From positions 1,674,001-1,738,000 of the forward strand of contig CM061247.1 in NCBI GenBank assembly GCA_022605425.2: 64,000 nt of DNA. Direction: 5' to 3'. The notes beneath the pieces were generated by a model that saw only the letters and a list, made by a program, of their open reading frames with translations, ran no database searches and was not told the DNA's origin. Of this stretch, positions 51,381 to 64,000 are shown in pieces (the first letter of the stretch is position 1; each line of letters opens with the position of its first letter). This DNA comes from Hamiltosporidium tvaerminnensis FI-OER-3-3. Lineage: Eukaryota; Fungi; Microsporidia. Both the position numbers and the translations under genes were made by a program.

Positions 51381-51601
51381 CAACGGTCTAATGGTGAGAA
51401 TATCGGGATTTACTTCCGAAGGGCGGGGTTCGTTCCCCGGTTGGTACTCTTTTGTTTTCGCTCGGAAAGTTTGCTTTAGGCTGAAAACCTGACCAATCAA
51501 AAGAAAATTGTCTTTGCAACGCCTAGAACTTGGCGAAGCTATAATTCATGGTTGCATTGTATTCCATCCGTAGGGAAGGAGCGGGCTATTAAATAAATAA
51601 A
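51381..51601 (+). mobile_element. tRNA-derived SINE
   Basis: tRNA-Glu-like head (A box CGGTCTAATGG, B box GGTTCGTTCCC at 51427-51437, stem TCGGG/TCCGA), an unrelated ~140-bp body, a (TAAA)n tail and a perfect 14-bp TSD ATTATAAATGATGC (51367-51380 and 51602-51615). Confidence 0.85.
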
Positions 51602-52249
51602 ATTATAAATGATGCTATATGTTGTGAGCTTTCGCTAAAAATTAAATCTTGGTAATCTAGTACTAATGAAAAGAGATTTTATTTTCAAACACAAAAAAAA
51701 AGCAATATACTTGCTTTTATTAAGAAAATCTCTATAAAGTTTTTGTTAGAAGAGGCAGTGATAGCTCTTTAATAGAATTCGATGGAAAATAGAAATTTAT
51801 TTGCGGAAATTGCATTAACAAGTATAATACGATGAAGTATTTTACCATTAGAATCACCCGTAAGACTGAAAGCTCATTTCTTAACATAACCGTTTGTATC
51901 TTTAAGACTAACATTTTTCAGAGCTATCTTTTCATCTTGGCTTCTTAATGCCTGTTTTTTTGGTTTTCTAAATATTTCTAGTTTTTAAAGTAAAGAATAA
52001 GAAAAATATTAAAACAAGAAAAAATGGTTTAAAAAAAATTGAGTAAATAAAAGAATTTTAAATTTAAATTTTATATAAAATATTGTTTTTAGGGCGTTTG
52101 CGGGATTTTTTATGGTTTTAGAATGAGGCTCTGGTGTGGAACCGGTTCTACAGTTAATACCGAAATCAAATTCTTCGATACTACTTCATGAATATTAAAA
52201 AGAGAATGATGAAAGAGGCGAAAAAAAGAAAACAAAGTATGTAATATAT

Positions 52250-53079
52250 AAGTAAATTACATAGATTCCAATGCCTGTTTGCAATATAATACAAGTAAAA
52301 ACAATAACTATAATAATAAGGTAACAAATAAATACGATAAATTATAGAAGAAAAATCTCTTAATAAATTTTAAATAAACCCAAGAATGAACTTCGCATTC
52401 TACTAGACCTTTTCATATTCATCTTTTTTAATGTTTCACTTCTTGCAGAACAGTTTAATCGGTTTCTTTTTCTGTTAATGCACCATGGTTTTCAATTGTA
52501 CTTTCATTTTCGAGTACTTCTCTTATTTCGATAACACAATCATATTTTTTGACACTTTATTTTGGGCGATTCGTTTGCTATTGCTTCATTTTCTTCCATT
52601 ATAGGTAAATCGAACGTTCCAGATGATTAAACCTCTTCTTTATCTCCTAGATTTTCAGATATTCTGGGTTCCTGCGATCCCTTATTTTCACCAAATGAAT
52701 ATATTTCATTACCTAGATCACTTCTTTCACTTGCCAAGGGATTTACTTCTGACATACTATCATCTGAACTCGAAATAGAAACTGGTTCATGGCCCTTAAG
52801 TTTTTCAAAAATGGTGTTTGCTATATAAGACAAAATCGCTTCGTTAGCATTTAATGAAGTTTTCTTGGATTCATCAGAAATCTCACCATTTGTTACAGAA
52901 GAATTTTCATATTTATTGCATTGAGCAAAGGCTTCTGAATCCAAAGTCGATCCAACATCATTTAATGAATCAATACTTGACCTGCTTTCTATTAACTCCC
53001 CTTTCTTATCAAGCATATCACTTCCACTTGCACAGTTTATCTAACTTTCGTAAAAGAAAAAACACAAAGCAAACAACAT
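52250..53079 (-). pseudogene. Disrupted gene for a putative secreted acidic Ser/Glu-rich protein
   Basis: CCC motif at 53088-53090, ATG at 53079 giving MLFALCFFFYES*INCA in frame with the 52627-53016 ORF. Glu-rich coding-like sequence continues past the TAA at 52627 with further stops and a frameshift. The 3' limit is approximate. Confidence 0.6.
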
Positions 53080-56000
53080 TATCTTAAGGGTGAACTAATT
53101 TTTTGAATTTATAGAAAATGATTGATTTAGAACGAAAATATTCCTTAAATATCATTATAATTTACTTATTTGGGCAAAAGGCATATTAAGTTTTTTGTAA
53201 AAAAATATTCAAGTTGATAGAAAGAAAAAAGAAAAAATAATACGTTGAATCTAAAAACTTTAGGTTTTCCATAAATTTAAATGTATTATTATAAATATAT
53301 TTAGCGTGAATTGAAACCTAAAATAATATACTCGAGAATGAATGTCATTTAAAATATATTAGTCTTTAAATGACATGCTATGACAAATTGGAACAAGAAA
53401 GTCTAACTCAAAAGTTATGTAAAGATTAAATATTAAGGGTATTCGGTTATTAGTGCTGTGAACACCACAGAAAAAACATATTCTAAACAAATCTCTTGCT
53501 ATATATTTTAATCATACGAATATTTGATAAATACCAGTGTATATAATAGCCGTAAAATGTTTGATATTTATATTTCATAATTGGATGCCTGAAATTTATT
53601 ATAAGGAACCAAATAAAGACAGCAATTTTATGAATTTCAAATATAAATTCTTAATGTCTATTTCTATAAAAACTAAAAATAAGAATTACAATAAATGTTG
53701 GATTGATTCATCTATACATACTTTTACTTAGAGAGAATGTCTCTAATTTGTATTTTCTGCCTACATATTTTCCCCATTCATAAAAAATTTACATGGATAT
53801 ATTTCGTCACAATATTTTATTTTAAATTTCTTGTGTTGATAGAACTGATTGTAGATTTAGGAATGTTTTTTTATGTTTTTATTGCAATTTGGTTGCTAAC
53901 AAGCTTCTTGAAAGTATCCGAGTTATACTACAGACTAGATTAAAATTTCTTTAATCGAAATATATTCCCTTTTTTTTTTAGCCAAATCAAGCTATTAAAA
54001 CACTTAAAACTGCGATCTGTAATACTTGGGATTTGTGATATATTTCTTCGCCATTTTAACCGCCATGTCTAAATAGAAAATAGTTATATTGGAATATGAA
54101 AAGATCAAGGCAAACATTTATCATCGTTTAAAACTGTCAAAATTATTTTGATAACTAAATAAAAGTGCTCGTTTCTAGGGTTACGTTTAACGATTCTAAG
54201 AAAACATTTATCTGTCTGTAAATTTTTTGATAAACCGTTCAAGATTTACTTTTTGTTGCTTAGCAACTTTTGGCAACCCTTTTTATTTGATCGTGTATTT
54301 CCAACTAATATAGTTTTTTTGATATCTGTTGTGTTTCAAAAGATTTGATCATTAAGAACGTATGATTTGTTACAGCAATTTTGCCACTCGTAAATTATTT
54401 CAAAAGTTAAGCACGTAATATTCAGAAGTTGGTATCGAAAGTGTCTTTTTCCCGTGATTTCAGATATATGAGAAAGTCTATAATGTATTTGTGGAAGATT
54501 TCTGATGTTAAACAAAATTTTTTCGAAAATTTATCAAGCTCGTTAGACATGTATTGCGTAAATCAGCCTTCACTTTAGTCGTAGGTAGCTGTTCTTTATA
54601 GTAAAAACAGCAAAATCTTGGTAATATTATGCTGTTTTCCAATAATATATTCTAAATCATAGATATCACCGAGATTTGTCGGTTTTAAAGCGTTAAATTC
54701 GTTTAGTTTTTGTATTAATTCGAATAACTTTAAGTTTCAAACTTTTTTTTCTATTTGTAGTTTCTAAAAAAAAATTAAACTACGTGTTTTATTCATCGAA
54801 AAACAAAATTTCAATTTTCTTTATCATATGCTCTTTTTGCAGATATAATTGCAAGAAATATATCTAAATATTTTGAAACAAACTTAAATTTATTTCTAAC
54901 AACTCATCTTTTCTTCTTGTGTGCATGTATATATGTAGTTTACCACTAGTAGTCAATTACCAATGAAAATGTTTCTTGATTTTAACTACCATAATTTGCA
55001 ATTTTACATATCCTATTAGCTCTACTTTTCCTTTGAAAATGGCATGAGGCGGTCTAGCGCTTATTTCCATATCATTTCTGAAAGATCTATCTTTGCACAA
55101 GTCTTTCATTCTCTTCTATCTTGTTCGAAATCCAAAAGTATTTTGTTTCTTTGCGGGTTAGGATATATATTCAGAACTATTCCCCTTTAATCTTCAAAAT
55201 CTAGACATCTAAAAGCATCACCCATTACTTCATTATTATCTTCAAACAAAGCATCTTAGTTTGCAGAATTCCATCTTTATCAATTTCCGAAAACTTTCAC
55301 CTATTTTTATATCTTCTTAAGGTTGTTTTGATGCGTTTGACTTTTTTGATAAAATAAATATTATACTAATCTGAAGATAGCTAAGTAAAACATTAAAAAA
55401 TACTTAGAATTCTCGTTACCTTTCCTTATACAAAAATACCAATTCATATCTAGTTTTTTGTACTTTTCTTAAATTTTTAATTTACAATCGTGTTGAATTT
55501 ACCAAAAACGCAAGATTTTATGTCGAAATATTGCTAATTCTATACGATTCTTGTACCATAAATGTATATTATAATTTCTAATTCAATGTCTTTGATAAAA
55601 TAATAAATTGATCTCTATGTAATTATTTGACCGGAGTAGAAAAAGTATGTTTAAATCGCGTATTTTTTAATATATTTACTTATACAAAGACAAAAATCGA
55701 AATAATCTGTTTATTTATAATAGAAAAATTATCTTGTCAAGTATGCGAAATTTATAAAATAGGTTACATTGTTTGTATAAATTAGCCCAAACCGGCCCAA
55801 AGACCGTTTATCGTGCCTTCAGGTCAAATATTAAAATTTATATATGGAAGATCACTGTATAGTTGGTAAATTGCTAAATAATGCTTATATACAACTAAAA
55901 TCGACTTTATTGTAAAATTCATTACCTTAAGTTCACCTTTTTCCAAAAAATATCAATGTAATATTTCGACCAAAATATGAAGTCGCATTGTAATATAATC

Positions 56001-58069
56001 ATTTGAAACAATTACAATCACATCCAAAATATAAATATATTAAGATCTTTTACAATATTTATATTTTTATTTAGTTGAAAATCAATTATAATTACACCAT
56101 GTATGCAGATGGATCTTACATCACTCTCTATTTTTTAAAAAATCCAAGAGCTAATCAGATAGAAATCACTACTTATATATAAATAGATCAATATTAGTTA
56201 TAAACAATTTATCGTAAAATTCTGTATCTAAGAACCTAAGATGCTTTCATTGCTTAATATATAAATATATTTTATAAAAAAAAATTACAGTAAGCGATTA
56301 AGCAGTCTGCTACAATATAAAAAATAGAAATGTATTTCGGGAAGCATGGGAAGGTGACTAATATGCTAATTTCCTTGAAAAAATAGATTATCAGGCGTTC
56401 TTTGTGTAAATACGCTTAAAAAGATTGCACGAACGACATAAAGAAATGACCGAATCAATACATTACTTCTATACAATAAATACACGTAAATCTTTAAAAT
56501 GAATTGGAAATATTTAGTTCTAGAAGTTTATAGAAATGAATTTGCATAAATAAGAATGGATATCATAATCAAAAGGGTGTCAAATTCGAAAATATAGACG
56601 GGGAATTTGTTTTTATATATAATTTCAGAGGAAAAAAAAACTACTTTGAGTCAGATTTAGTTCACAAAGTTTTGTTTAAATTGTTGATGCTGAAAAATCA
56701 AAAGCCATGATTCTTCAGCATATAAGTTAAGCATTATTAACAAAATATGTGAATATATAATCTGAAATGTGATACTCCTTATTTATTTTTACTATGCAAT
56801 AAGGATTTATCTCACTAAAATAACATATATATAAAGAAAGGAAAATATGATACCAGGCAGTACTCGAAGAAACAATCTGCATAAATTATTCCAATCAAAA
56901 ATAAAATCATTTTTAGAATAGGTTTGGAGGAGAGTGATAAACTGCTATTATTCGATTTTGCACAAAAAAATGCAATAAAATGAAGTTCAACACAATTTAA
57001 AAGACCATAATCAAAGAGGAGCAAGACTCCAAACTAGTAATTACACTAGATGCAACCTCTGGTTTTGAATGTTGTACAGAAGAACAAATCTACGATAGAA
57101 ATCAATCCAGATTTATGATGTAATAGAAATTTAGAGGTAAAACGGTTGAATAGGGTAATTAAATTTCATAAATTAGACTTAAGATGAAATTTAGATAATT
57201 GTTATTCCGCTGATATAACCTAATTTAGAAATTTTATATCAAAGGATTATAAGTAATTTCTATTTAATTGTTTTTAAAAAAATGTCGAATCCATTTCCGA
57301 ATCAAATTAGATAAAAAATAAAATTAAATTTTTAATGAATCAATTATTTCTTCTCTGAACTTTTTCATAATAAGGTTAAATTTTTTTATTTATATTTTTT
57401 TGCAAGAAAAAAATATTGCATTTTGACAGGTAAAAATTTTATCAAGAGCAAATTGATGTGATAAATGTGTATTAAAGAATTAAAAACGGTTAATTTTCTG
57501 AAATTTATCTTTCAAAATCAATCACAATTTTGAGCTTAAAATATGTAATAATAAAATTAATATTTTTTTAAAAGCGCACTTGGAGATCGAGAAAAATATG
57601 TGACTTGTATGAAAAATGATTCGGATGTACACTTCATTCGTTTAAAATATAATCCTGTGGTGTGTTGATATTAAAGAGAGTTTTTGACAGCAATCAAAAG
57701 ACGAAAAAAAAGTAAAATGGTTGGTTTTTTGAGGAAAAACTTTGGAAAGAAGTTTTTAGAAGGGGTAAGCATAGATCCTAATATAATGGGAAATAAACAG
57801 AAAATTGTTTGCAAAAATCGTATTAAGCAGTATCATTATGCCGAATGATTTCATATTGGGAAAAAATGAAGATTAAAAGCTCGTTTTTTTTTTACATAGT
57901 TTTTATTCTTAATGGGGTATTTATTTGCTTTTTTTGATTATCGATTAATGATCGTTTATTTCTTTTTTTTTTGCTTTTGAAATAATTTGCATTTCTTAAT
58001 ATAAGAATAATTAGAAGCTACAAGAAAATGGTTTAAGAGAAAAAATGTGGTAAACAAATATATTTAGAT

Positions 58070-58279
58070 AAGCGTTTCTTAACAGAGAATGCGAGGAGGA
58101 TTTTTTTGGAGTATGTCCGAAGCCCCTGTCAAAAGCTTAAGCCTACAAAGATATGCAATTTGCATATTTTTTTTAAATGAACAACAAATTTGTAAAAATC
58201 CGAAAACTTTTTCTTGGGGGGTGCGGAGACTAATTTTTAATTAAAGAGGTGCGGCTCACTTAAAGGTTAAGAACCACTG
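58070..58279. mobile_element. hAT (Charlie-type) MITE, ~210 bp
   Basis: Ends AAGCGTTTCTTAAC / GTTAAGAACCACTG, flanks ATTTAGAT/ATTTGTAT (6/8) and internal GGTGCGG repeats. Confidence 0.7.
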
Positions 58280-60644
58280 ATTTGTATGTATTAAATTGAC
58301 CATATATATTATTTTTGGTGTTTAACAGTGATTAAAATGTGGTTGTGGCATGCGTTTGACAATAAATGAACATTTTTTTTGAACCCAGCTTTTTTTTAAG
58401 TTGATTCATGTACTTGAATTCGATCAAATGAAATCCCCTGGAAGTATTAATTGCAAATCGCTTAGCGATACCGTTTTTTTCTCATTTTCTCCTTTAATAT
58501 ATACAGTATCGAAAATTAGCCTTCTAAAAACATATTTTGTGAATTTTCGCTTATATCTAACTTATTTTGTTTATAACTTAAACTCTCGTTTGATTTTTTG
58601 AGATTTGCATTCAGATACGAATTTAGCATATCTATGCGCCGACTTGAAAATATAGAAGTTAAGTAGATAAAAATGATTACAATCGAAAAATCCACGTTTC
58701 TAAGCTTCTCTTTATATCTTACCTATTTCACAGTGGTTTTGACCTGGTATTTGTCATGTGTGTTTCATAAATTCAAGCTTACCCATAACCATCATAGATT
58801 TGAGCTTTTCAACTGTGAACAAATAATTTATTCTTATCAACCATTTAAATCAAAGATTTGTGATTAGATAATGATTTTAATTAACTTACTATGATTTTTA
58901 GATTTGATTTAAGCTCATTTTTGGGACTAATTTGAAAATATTGCATCGAAAAAAGAGATGTTTGAACAAAATTGTAATGAAATTCTATAACATATCTTTT
59001 TCATATGAGTTGTGCAGACAAGAAATTAATCAGAATAAAGATTTATGGAAAGGTTGCAAAAATAAAAATGGTAATCTATTATACAAATATAAATCGATTT
59101 TAGCACCGATGTAATAACAACCAAGCGAACAAACCCTTACAAAATTCTTTGCTATCTCACTTTTTTATAAAGCTTTCAAAAAATTATTAAGAGCGGCAAA
59201 AAAACATCCGTGCGTTTATTTTAGAAGCCTTTTGACTCAACTTTAGGCCTCTTCTAAAATAATTTTTTAACTGTTCAAAATTCTGTCTATAGAATTCCTG
59301 ATGACTAACCTTTTGAGAAATTATATACTTCGTGTCATTACTACCTTGTTTTTTCGACAGAATGATTGTAAGATTTGAATATCGAGACGTCTGCTCAATA
59401 AAAAGAGTGATTCTTGGCTAATGCCAGGGTTTAAGGTTTGGAATAATGTATTTCTGACTTTCTGTTCCGAAATAGATAGTTTTTCAAATATGTATCGACT
59501 ATGATAGGAATTCAATAATAAAATTTTTTTCCTTAGCATTACATTCAACCTGTTTAGCAAGCCGCTCATTAATTATGTTCTTAAAACAACAAGCTTTTGT
59601 TTTATAGTATCTATCAATTAAATTAAGTTGTTATATCAATCGTTAAAAAGTCTTTTTAATAGAATCTATATTAAATTTAATTTTTTTATTAAATTATCCC
59701 ATATTGATCTTCTCAACAAATGAGAAATTAATACATATTTAGTTTTGCTTAAAAATATTTTGCTTGCTTCTAGATCGGTTTCATATTTGCGATTTCAAAA
59801 AAAATATTTGGGTAAACAAATATCTATTGATACAATCGTAAAATAATATGTTAAATAAGAAATTTTTTAAATGCTTCATAGGAACTAAAATAAACAAGGT
59901 TTTTGAATTATAACCTACCGATGAAATCTATGGTGTTGCGAATTTATTTCTAATTTCAAAAATATAATTTAATAATTACACATACACTAACAATATTTTC
60001 AAAAATAAATCGAATTCAAATTCTGGCTATAAAAATCTTGCTTTTTTTTAATATTTTCTTATATCTTTTTAAACACTATATGTTAACCTTCTAATCTTAC
60101 TCTTCTCAAAAATAGGCTATAATATATTTTTCTTGTATTTTCTCCAGAATTTTAATCGGAATAACTAATTTACACGAACTTGCATAAAATAGATATGGCC
60201 AAACGAAATATAGATTAATTCATATAAATACTATTACTATACTACGGTTTATTAATTTGTCAAATTTATTTCTATATTCTAAACTATCATTTGATCAATA
60301 AAAAATCTTACTATAATTGGTCTAAGATTCTTAAAATATGATTTCATATTGCTAATACAAACATTCATAGATCTAGATATCTTTCTATGGAATTAGAATT
60401 GCTATTCCATAATATATTTCTGCATTCAGTTGAAAAATATATAAATCTAAACAATTACTAAAAAAAAATTTTAGTTAAATACAAATTAAATGAATTTGAA
60501 TTAATAATGTCCGTATTAGGTTAAAAACTGAAATATTTTTAGGACAAATAACATTATGAATTGTGAAATAATATAAATTTTACACAAATTGATGCGAATT
60601 GTGCAGACATTCAAGATTAAAAAAATGATATAGAGATCCTAATT

Positions 60645-62372
60645 TTATTTTTTAAGCTTGATTTCTTCTGTATTCCTCATCATATAATCATACCCATGTC
60701 CTTTTTTAAGCTTATTTTGTAAAACAAATCTGACTTTTTTATTAAATTCATTTATGAAGTTTACCTCATCATCATTTAAAATATTTAAATCCATCATTTT
60801 AAGTTGCAATGGCGCCATAGTAAGATTTTCTAATTTAAAAAAGTTTTCATCTTTTTTAACAACAACAAGGTCTTCTATTCTTATTCCATAATCATTCTCT
60901 TTATAAAATCCTGGCTCAATACTGAATATTTGATTTTCTTTCAACAAATCACCTTTCTGGTTTATTCCTGGCGGTGCTTCGTGTACATTTAAAAAATGAC
61001 CTACACCATGTCCAGTACCATGACCAAAATCCTTTTTCTCATTCCATAAAAACATTCTAGCTAATGTGTCTAAGACAGAAGTATCCCTTTCTTTTGGAAA
61101 TACTTGTCTCATTGCAGCCAACTGTCCTTTTAAAACCAAAGTAAAATCATGTTTTTGTTCTTTTGTTGGTTCTCCCAAATGTATAGTTCTAGTTGCATCT
61201 GTTGTTCCATAAAGATATTGAGAACCCGAATCAATCAGAAAAAGATTTTTACTTTCCACAATTGTTTCACTCGCACGATGATGAACAATTGCAGCATTTG
61301 GTCCATAGGCTGATATTGTATCAAAGCTAGGTGATATAAATCCGGGTAGCATTCGTTTGTATTCTTCCAGTTTATCTGCAATCTCCTTTTCCGTTTTACC
61401 AATATTATTTTCTATCCATTCAAATAGACTACAAAGTGAAATCCCATCATTAATATGAGCAAGCTCGAAACCTTTCAATTCGATTTCATTTTTCTGGCTT
61501 TTTAATTCCCCAATTAAATCACTTACTTCAACTTTTTTTTCACCCAATTCAGTAACAATGAAAGCATTACATCTGGAATTTACAAAAATCCGGGTTGCCT
61601 CGACACCTTTTAAAAAATCATAAAATTCTGAATATTTCCTTATTTCCACATCCTTTCTTTCGATCTCTCGATCAATGAATATTATGGCTTTGTCATTTGA
61701 GATAATACTGTATGCATAAAATACCGGATTATAATCAATATCACTTCCTCTCAAATTAAAAAGCCACGAAATACTATCTAATTCACTTAAAATAAAAACC
61801 TGGTCATCTGAAAGTTTTTCTCTCAATTTATTTATTTTATCCATATAATTTGATCCAGTAATATTTTCATTCGAATTTACATCTAAGAATGTATTCGCTT
61901 TAATTTTTTCCAAATCAATTATCTCATTATATGTTCTTTTTGGTTTATTCGGCCATATAGACTCTGTTAAATCATCATGAACAATCTCAACACCATTCGT
62001 TTCAAATTTACTTCTCATATCATTCAAACGACTGTATGAAATATTTTTGTAATTTATAGCTATTTTTTTTATTCCACCAATTGTTTGAACATATTCATAA
62101 ATATTTTCATCGATTCCCATTTTTTTAAGTTTAAAATCATTGGAAAGTTCTTTTTCCGCTTGAATAAAATATCTTGAATCAGTATATAAAACAGATGAAC
62201 CATTTTTTAAAATCAAAGCCATCCCATTTGAACCCGTGAAATGTGTTACGTACTCAATCAAATTATCAGAGGGTGAAATATATTCATTAATATGTTCATC
62301 TGCTAGGTTTATTATATATCCATCGTAATCCTTTGAAATAAGCAATTTATAGATTACCATAAGGGTAAACAT
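60645..62372 (-). CDS. Xaa-Pro aminopeptidase P (M24B, XPNPEP1/Fra1-like)
   Basis: 575 aa with FTGSNG, TDSRY, WLFNLRGSD, DSGSQY..GTTD.TRT, HGTGHGVG..LNVHE, SIEPGFY and GIRIED. The true start may be the ATG at 62360 (CCC at 62363-62365). Confidence 0.96.
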   Translation of the reverse strand: MFTLMVIYKLLISKDYDGYIINLADEHINEYISPSDNLIEYVTHFTGSNGMALILKNGSSVLYTDSRYFIQAEKELSNDFKLKKMGIDENIYEYVQTIGGIKKIAINYKNISYSRLNDMRSKFETNGVEIVHDDLTESIWPNKPKRTYNEIIDLEKIKANTFLDVNSNENITGSNYMDKINKLREKLSDDQVFILSELDSISWLFNLRGSDIDYNPVFYAYSIISNDKAIIFIDREIERKDVEIRKYSEFYDFLKGVEATRIFVNSRCNAFIVTELGEKKVEVSDLIGELKSQKNEIELKGFELAHINDGISLCSLFEWIENNIGKTEKEIADKLEEYKRMLPGFISPSFDTISAYGPNAAIVHHRASETIVESKNLFLIDSGSQYLYGTTDATRTIHLGEPTKEQKHDFTLVLKGQLAAMRQVFPKERDTSVLDTLARMFLWNEKKDFGHGTGHGVGHFLNVHEAPPGINQKGDLLKENQIFSIEPGFYKENDYGIRIEDLVVVKKDENFFKLENLTMAPLQLKMMDLNILNDDEVNFINEFNKKVRFVLQNKLKKGHGYDYMMRNTEEIKLKK

Positions 62373-63016
62373 TGTTTATATTATTTAAGTATTTTTTAAG
62401 GAATTACAAAGTGAAACATTTTTGAGACAGTTTCATCTAAATTTATTTGTTTAAAGTATATAGAATAAAGATATATGAAAACATGAGCAAATAAATCTTA
62501 TTTAACACAGTATTTATGAATTCCTATGAAACAGAGTATTGTGTTTGAGTTAAATATTAGATTTATTTGTTTAAACTGAGATTGGACAAAATTTATTAAA
62601 TCATAGAAAATGGTATTTTCGAGCAATTTTATATTTACAATATAATTGAATTTTTATTTAACAGTTTGCTGGAATAAAAATTTATTCAAATTTATTTTTC
62701 AAGAATATAAAAAAATAATACAATCATAAAAAAATTAGATTTTTTTCTTGATTTTATACAGTATTACTCTAATTTCAGCTTTTTTATTAAAAATTAAAAT
62801 ACTGATTTTCGAATTATATATTAATGTATGTTTGAGCAATAAAATTCTATTTATCTATTTGTTTCATTTGAATTAAAAAATTATCAAAAATATATATACT
62901 TCTGAAATTTAACTTTGTGATTTTATAAGTCTTTTTATCGACTATTAAATTTAAAAATTTTTTTTAAAACAAATATTTTATATATTAGATTTAAAATTGA
63001 AAAAAAAGGTAATACT

Positions 63017-63820
63017 TTTAAGTAATAACGTTCTAGGTCAAAACATTTTTTTACACCTTTATCATTTCCTTCTACCTCTTTAACCACCATCTTTTATTCT
63101 TCTATATCTGATTCTTCATTTATGTTTATTGTGGGTTCTTCTATTGTGATTCTTCCATCAAAATGAGAGATTAATTATTTTCAGATTTATATGTTTAACA
63201 CCACCTTACTTCGTTACCCGGTTGTTTTACAGGGCTTTTGGTTCCAGGTGCATCTAAGCTCTGCTAATAACCCCTTTTGACGCTCTTTCCCAGTTTCTTC
63301 GGCATTTTGTCTCAACTCAAGTCTTTTTCGTCAATCAAAGGTGATTTTTTTGAACTTCTCTTAAGTACTATATATTGAATATATGCCTCTGCATTCAAAA
63401 GTATTTACAGTTTTTTGAGCCATGGCCTACTGTATTTTATCACAATACCATCCCAAGTAAGCAAATAGGGGATTATCTCAACACTACACCTTAAAAGACC
63501 CAACTCATTGGATAGCAAGCCATAATTCCTAGGTTTTTCGGTTTCAACTATTTGAAGTGAATCTTGTGAAGAAATTCCTACTTTAATGGGTGTCATCTTC
63601 CTTTTATTCTCATCTAAAATATATCTATATCTAGTCTATTTTTTCGAATTTTGACATCAGTTTTTATTCCGATGTTCCCTCTTATCTTTGCATATGCATT
63701 ATCAAGAATTTCTTAAACTGAGTGGTTTCTAATTCTTTTTAAAGACTTAAATCGATATCTATTTAACAATAAAAGGGGCTAGCATCTAACCGTTTTATTA
63801 TGCCGTCTGGTATAATCATC
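63017..63820 (-). mobile_element. Decayed 3' RLE LINE fragment (duplicate of 20582-21385)
   Basis: Lies inside the inverted duplication. The ORF-track fragment IKVGISSQDSLQIVETEK matches the endonuclease region. Confidence 0.9.
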
Positions 63821-64000
63821 ACAAAAAAGGTTTAATATTCCATGAATAATTATAATTTCCCTTTAAATTTTAATTCTGTTTATCAAAACTTATCATTTTC
63901 GAAGTAAAAATTCAAACAGTTAAGAATTTTATTTGCAGAAATTCTACATTTTACAGATATTTATGCTTTTTTTATAAAACTTGCATCAAATAACCTCAAA

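Larger units (their letters stand above)
60562..64000. repeat. Inverted segmental duplication, right arm (partner 20401-23835)
   Basis: Reverse complement of 20401-23835; extends to the window edge. Confidence 0.96.

Noticed and set aside
51374-51448. Functional ochre-suppressor tRNA (loop ATTTACT puts TTA in the anticodon) or stop-codon reassignment
   Set aside because: It lacks U8 and a purine at 37, has a T-stem mismatch, and its first bases belong to the TSD, so it is a SINE head. Intact genes end in TAA/TAG, and the in-frame stops in pseudogenes come with frameshifts and replace different residues.
53537-59569. Many 60-90 aa F/I/L/K-rich ORFs here and elsewhere (e.g. 33242, 35795, 38271, 39127, 41700)
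   Set aside because: Expected by chance in AT-rich DNA; no motifs, and often non-ATG starts.
62331-62357. Possible 27-nt intron right after the second ATG of aminopeptidase P (GTAATC...AAAG)
   Set aside because: It is in frame, lacks the CTAATTAG-type end, and the encoded residues fit the first helix expected in M24B enzymes.
1-64000. CRISPR array, rRNA genes or prokaryotic operons
   Set aside because: No regularly spaced repeats or rRNA signatures were seen; gene content and introns are eukaryotic.

Overview
Very AT-rich, gene-sparse eukaryotic DNA. It is most consistent with a large-genome microsporidian (inference from CCC motifs just before start codons, 19-23 nt GT-AG introns and a shortened eIF3c). 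Five genes look intact: a Ser/Thr kinase, a C2H2 zinc-finger protein, threonyl-tRNA synthetase, a reduced eIF3c-like protein and Xaa-Pro aminopeptidase P. There is also a pair of multi-pass membrane-protein paralogues that the ORF track fragments because they contain tiny introns. The rest is mostly mobile DNA: several copies of an RT + restriction-like-endonuclease LINE of different ages, a Ginger-type integrase transposon (TGT..ACA TIRs, 5-bp TSD), two hAT/Buster non-autonomous elements, a tRNA-derived SINE with a perfect 14-bp TSD, and an RTE-like bipartite element. Two unclassified non-coding repeat families (~720 bp and ~210 bp) share one terminus, and the longer one can form a conserved multi-stem fold. 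An inverted segmental duplication of at least 3.4 kb pairs the intact aminopeptidase with a pseudogene copy. All calls come from reading the sequence by eye; no searches were run.
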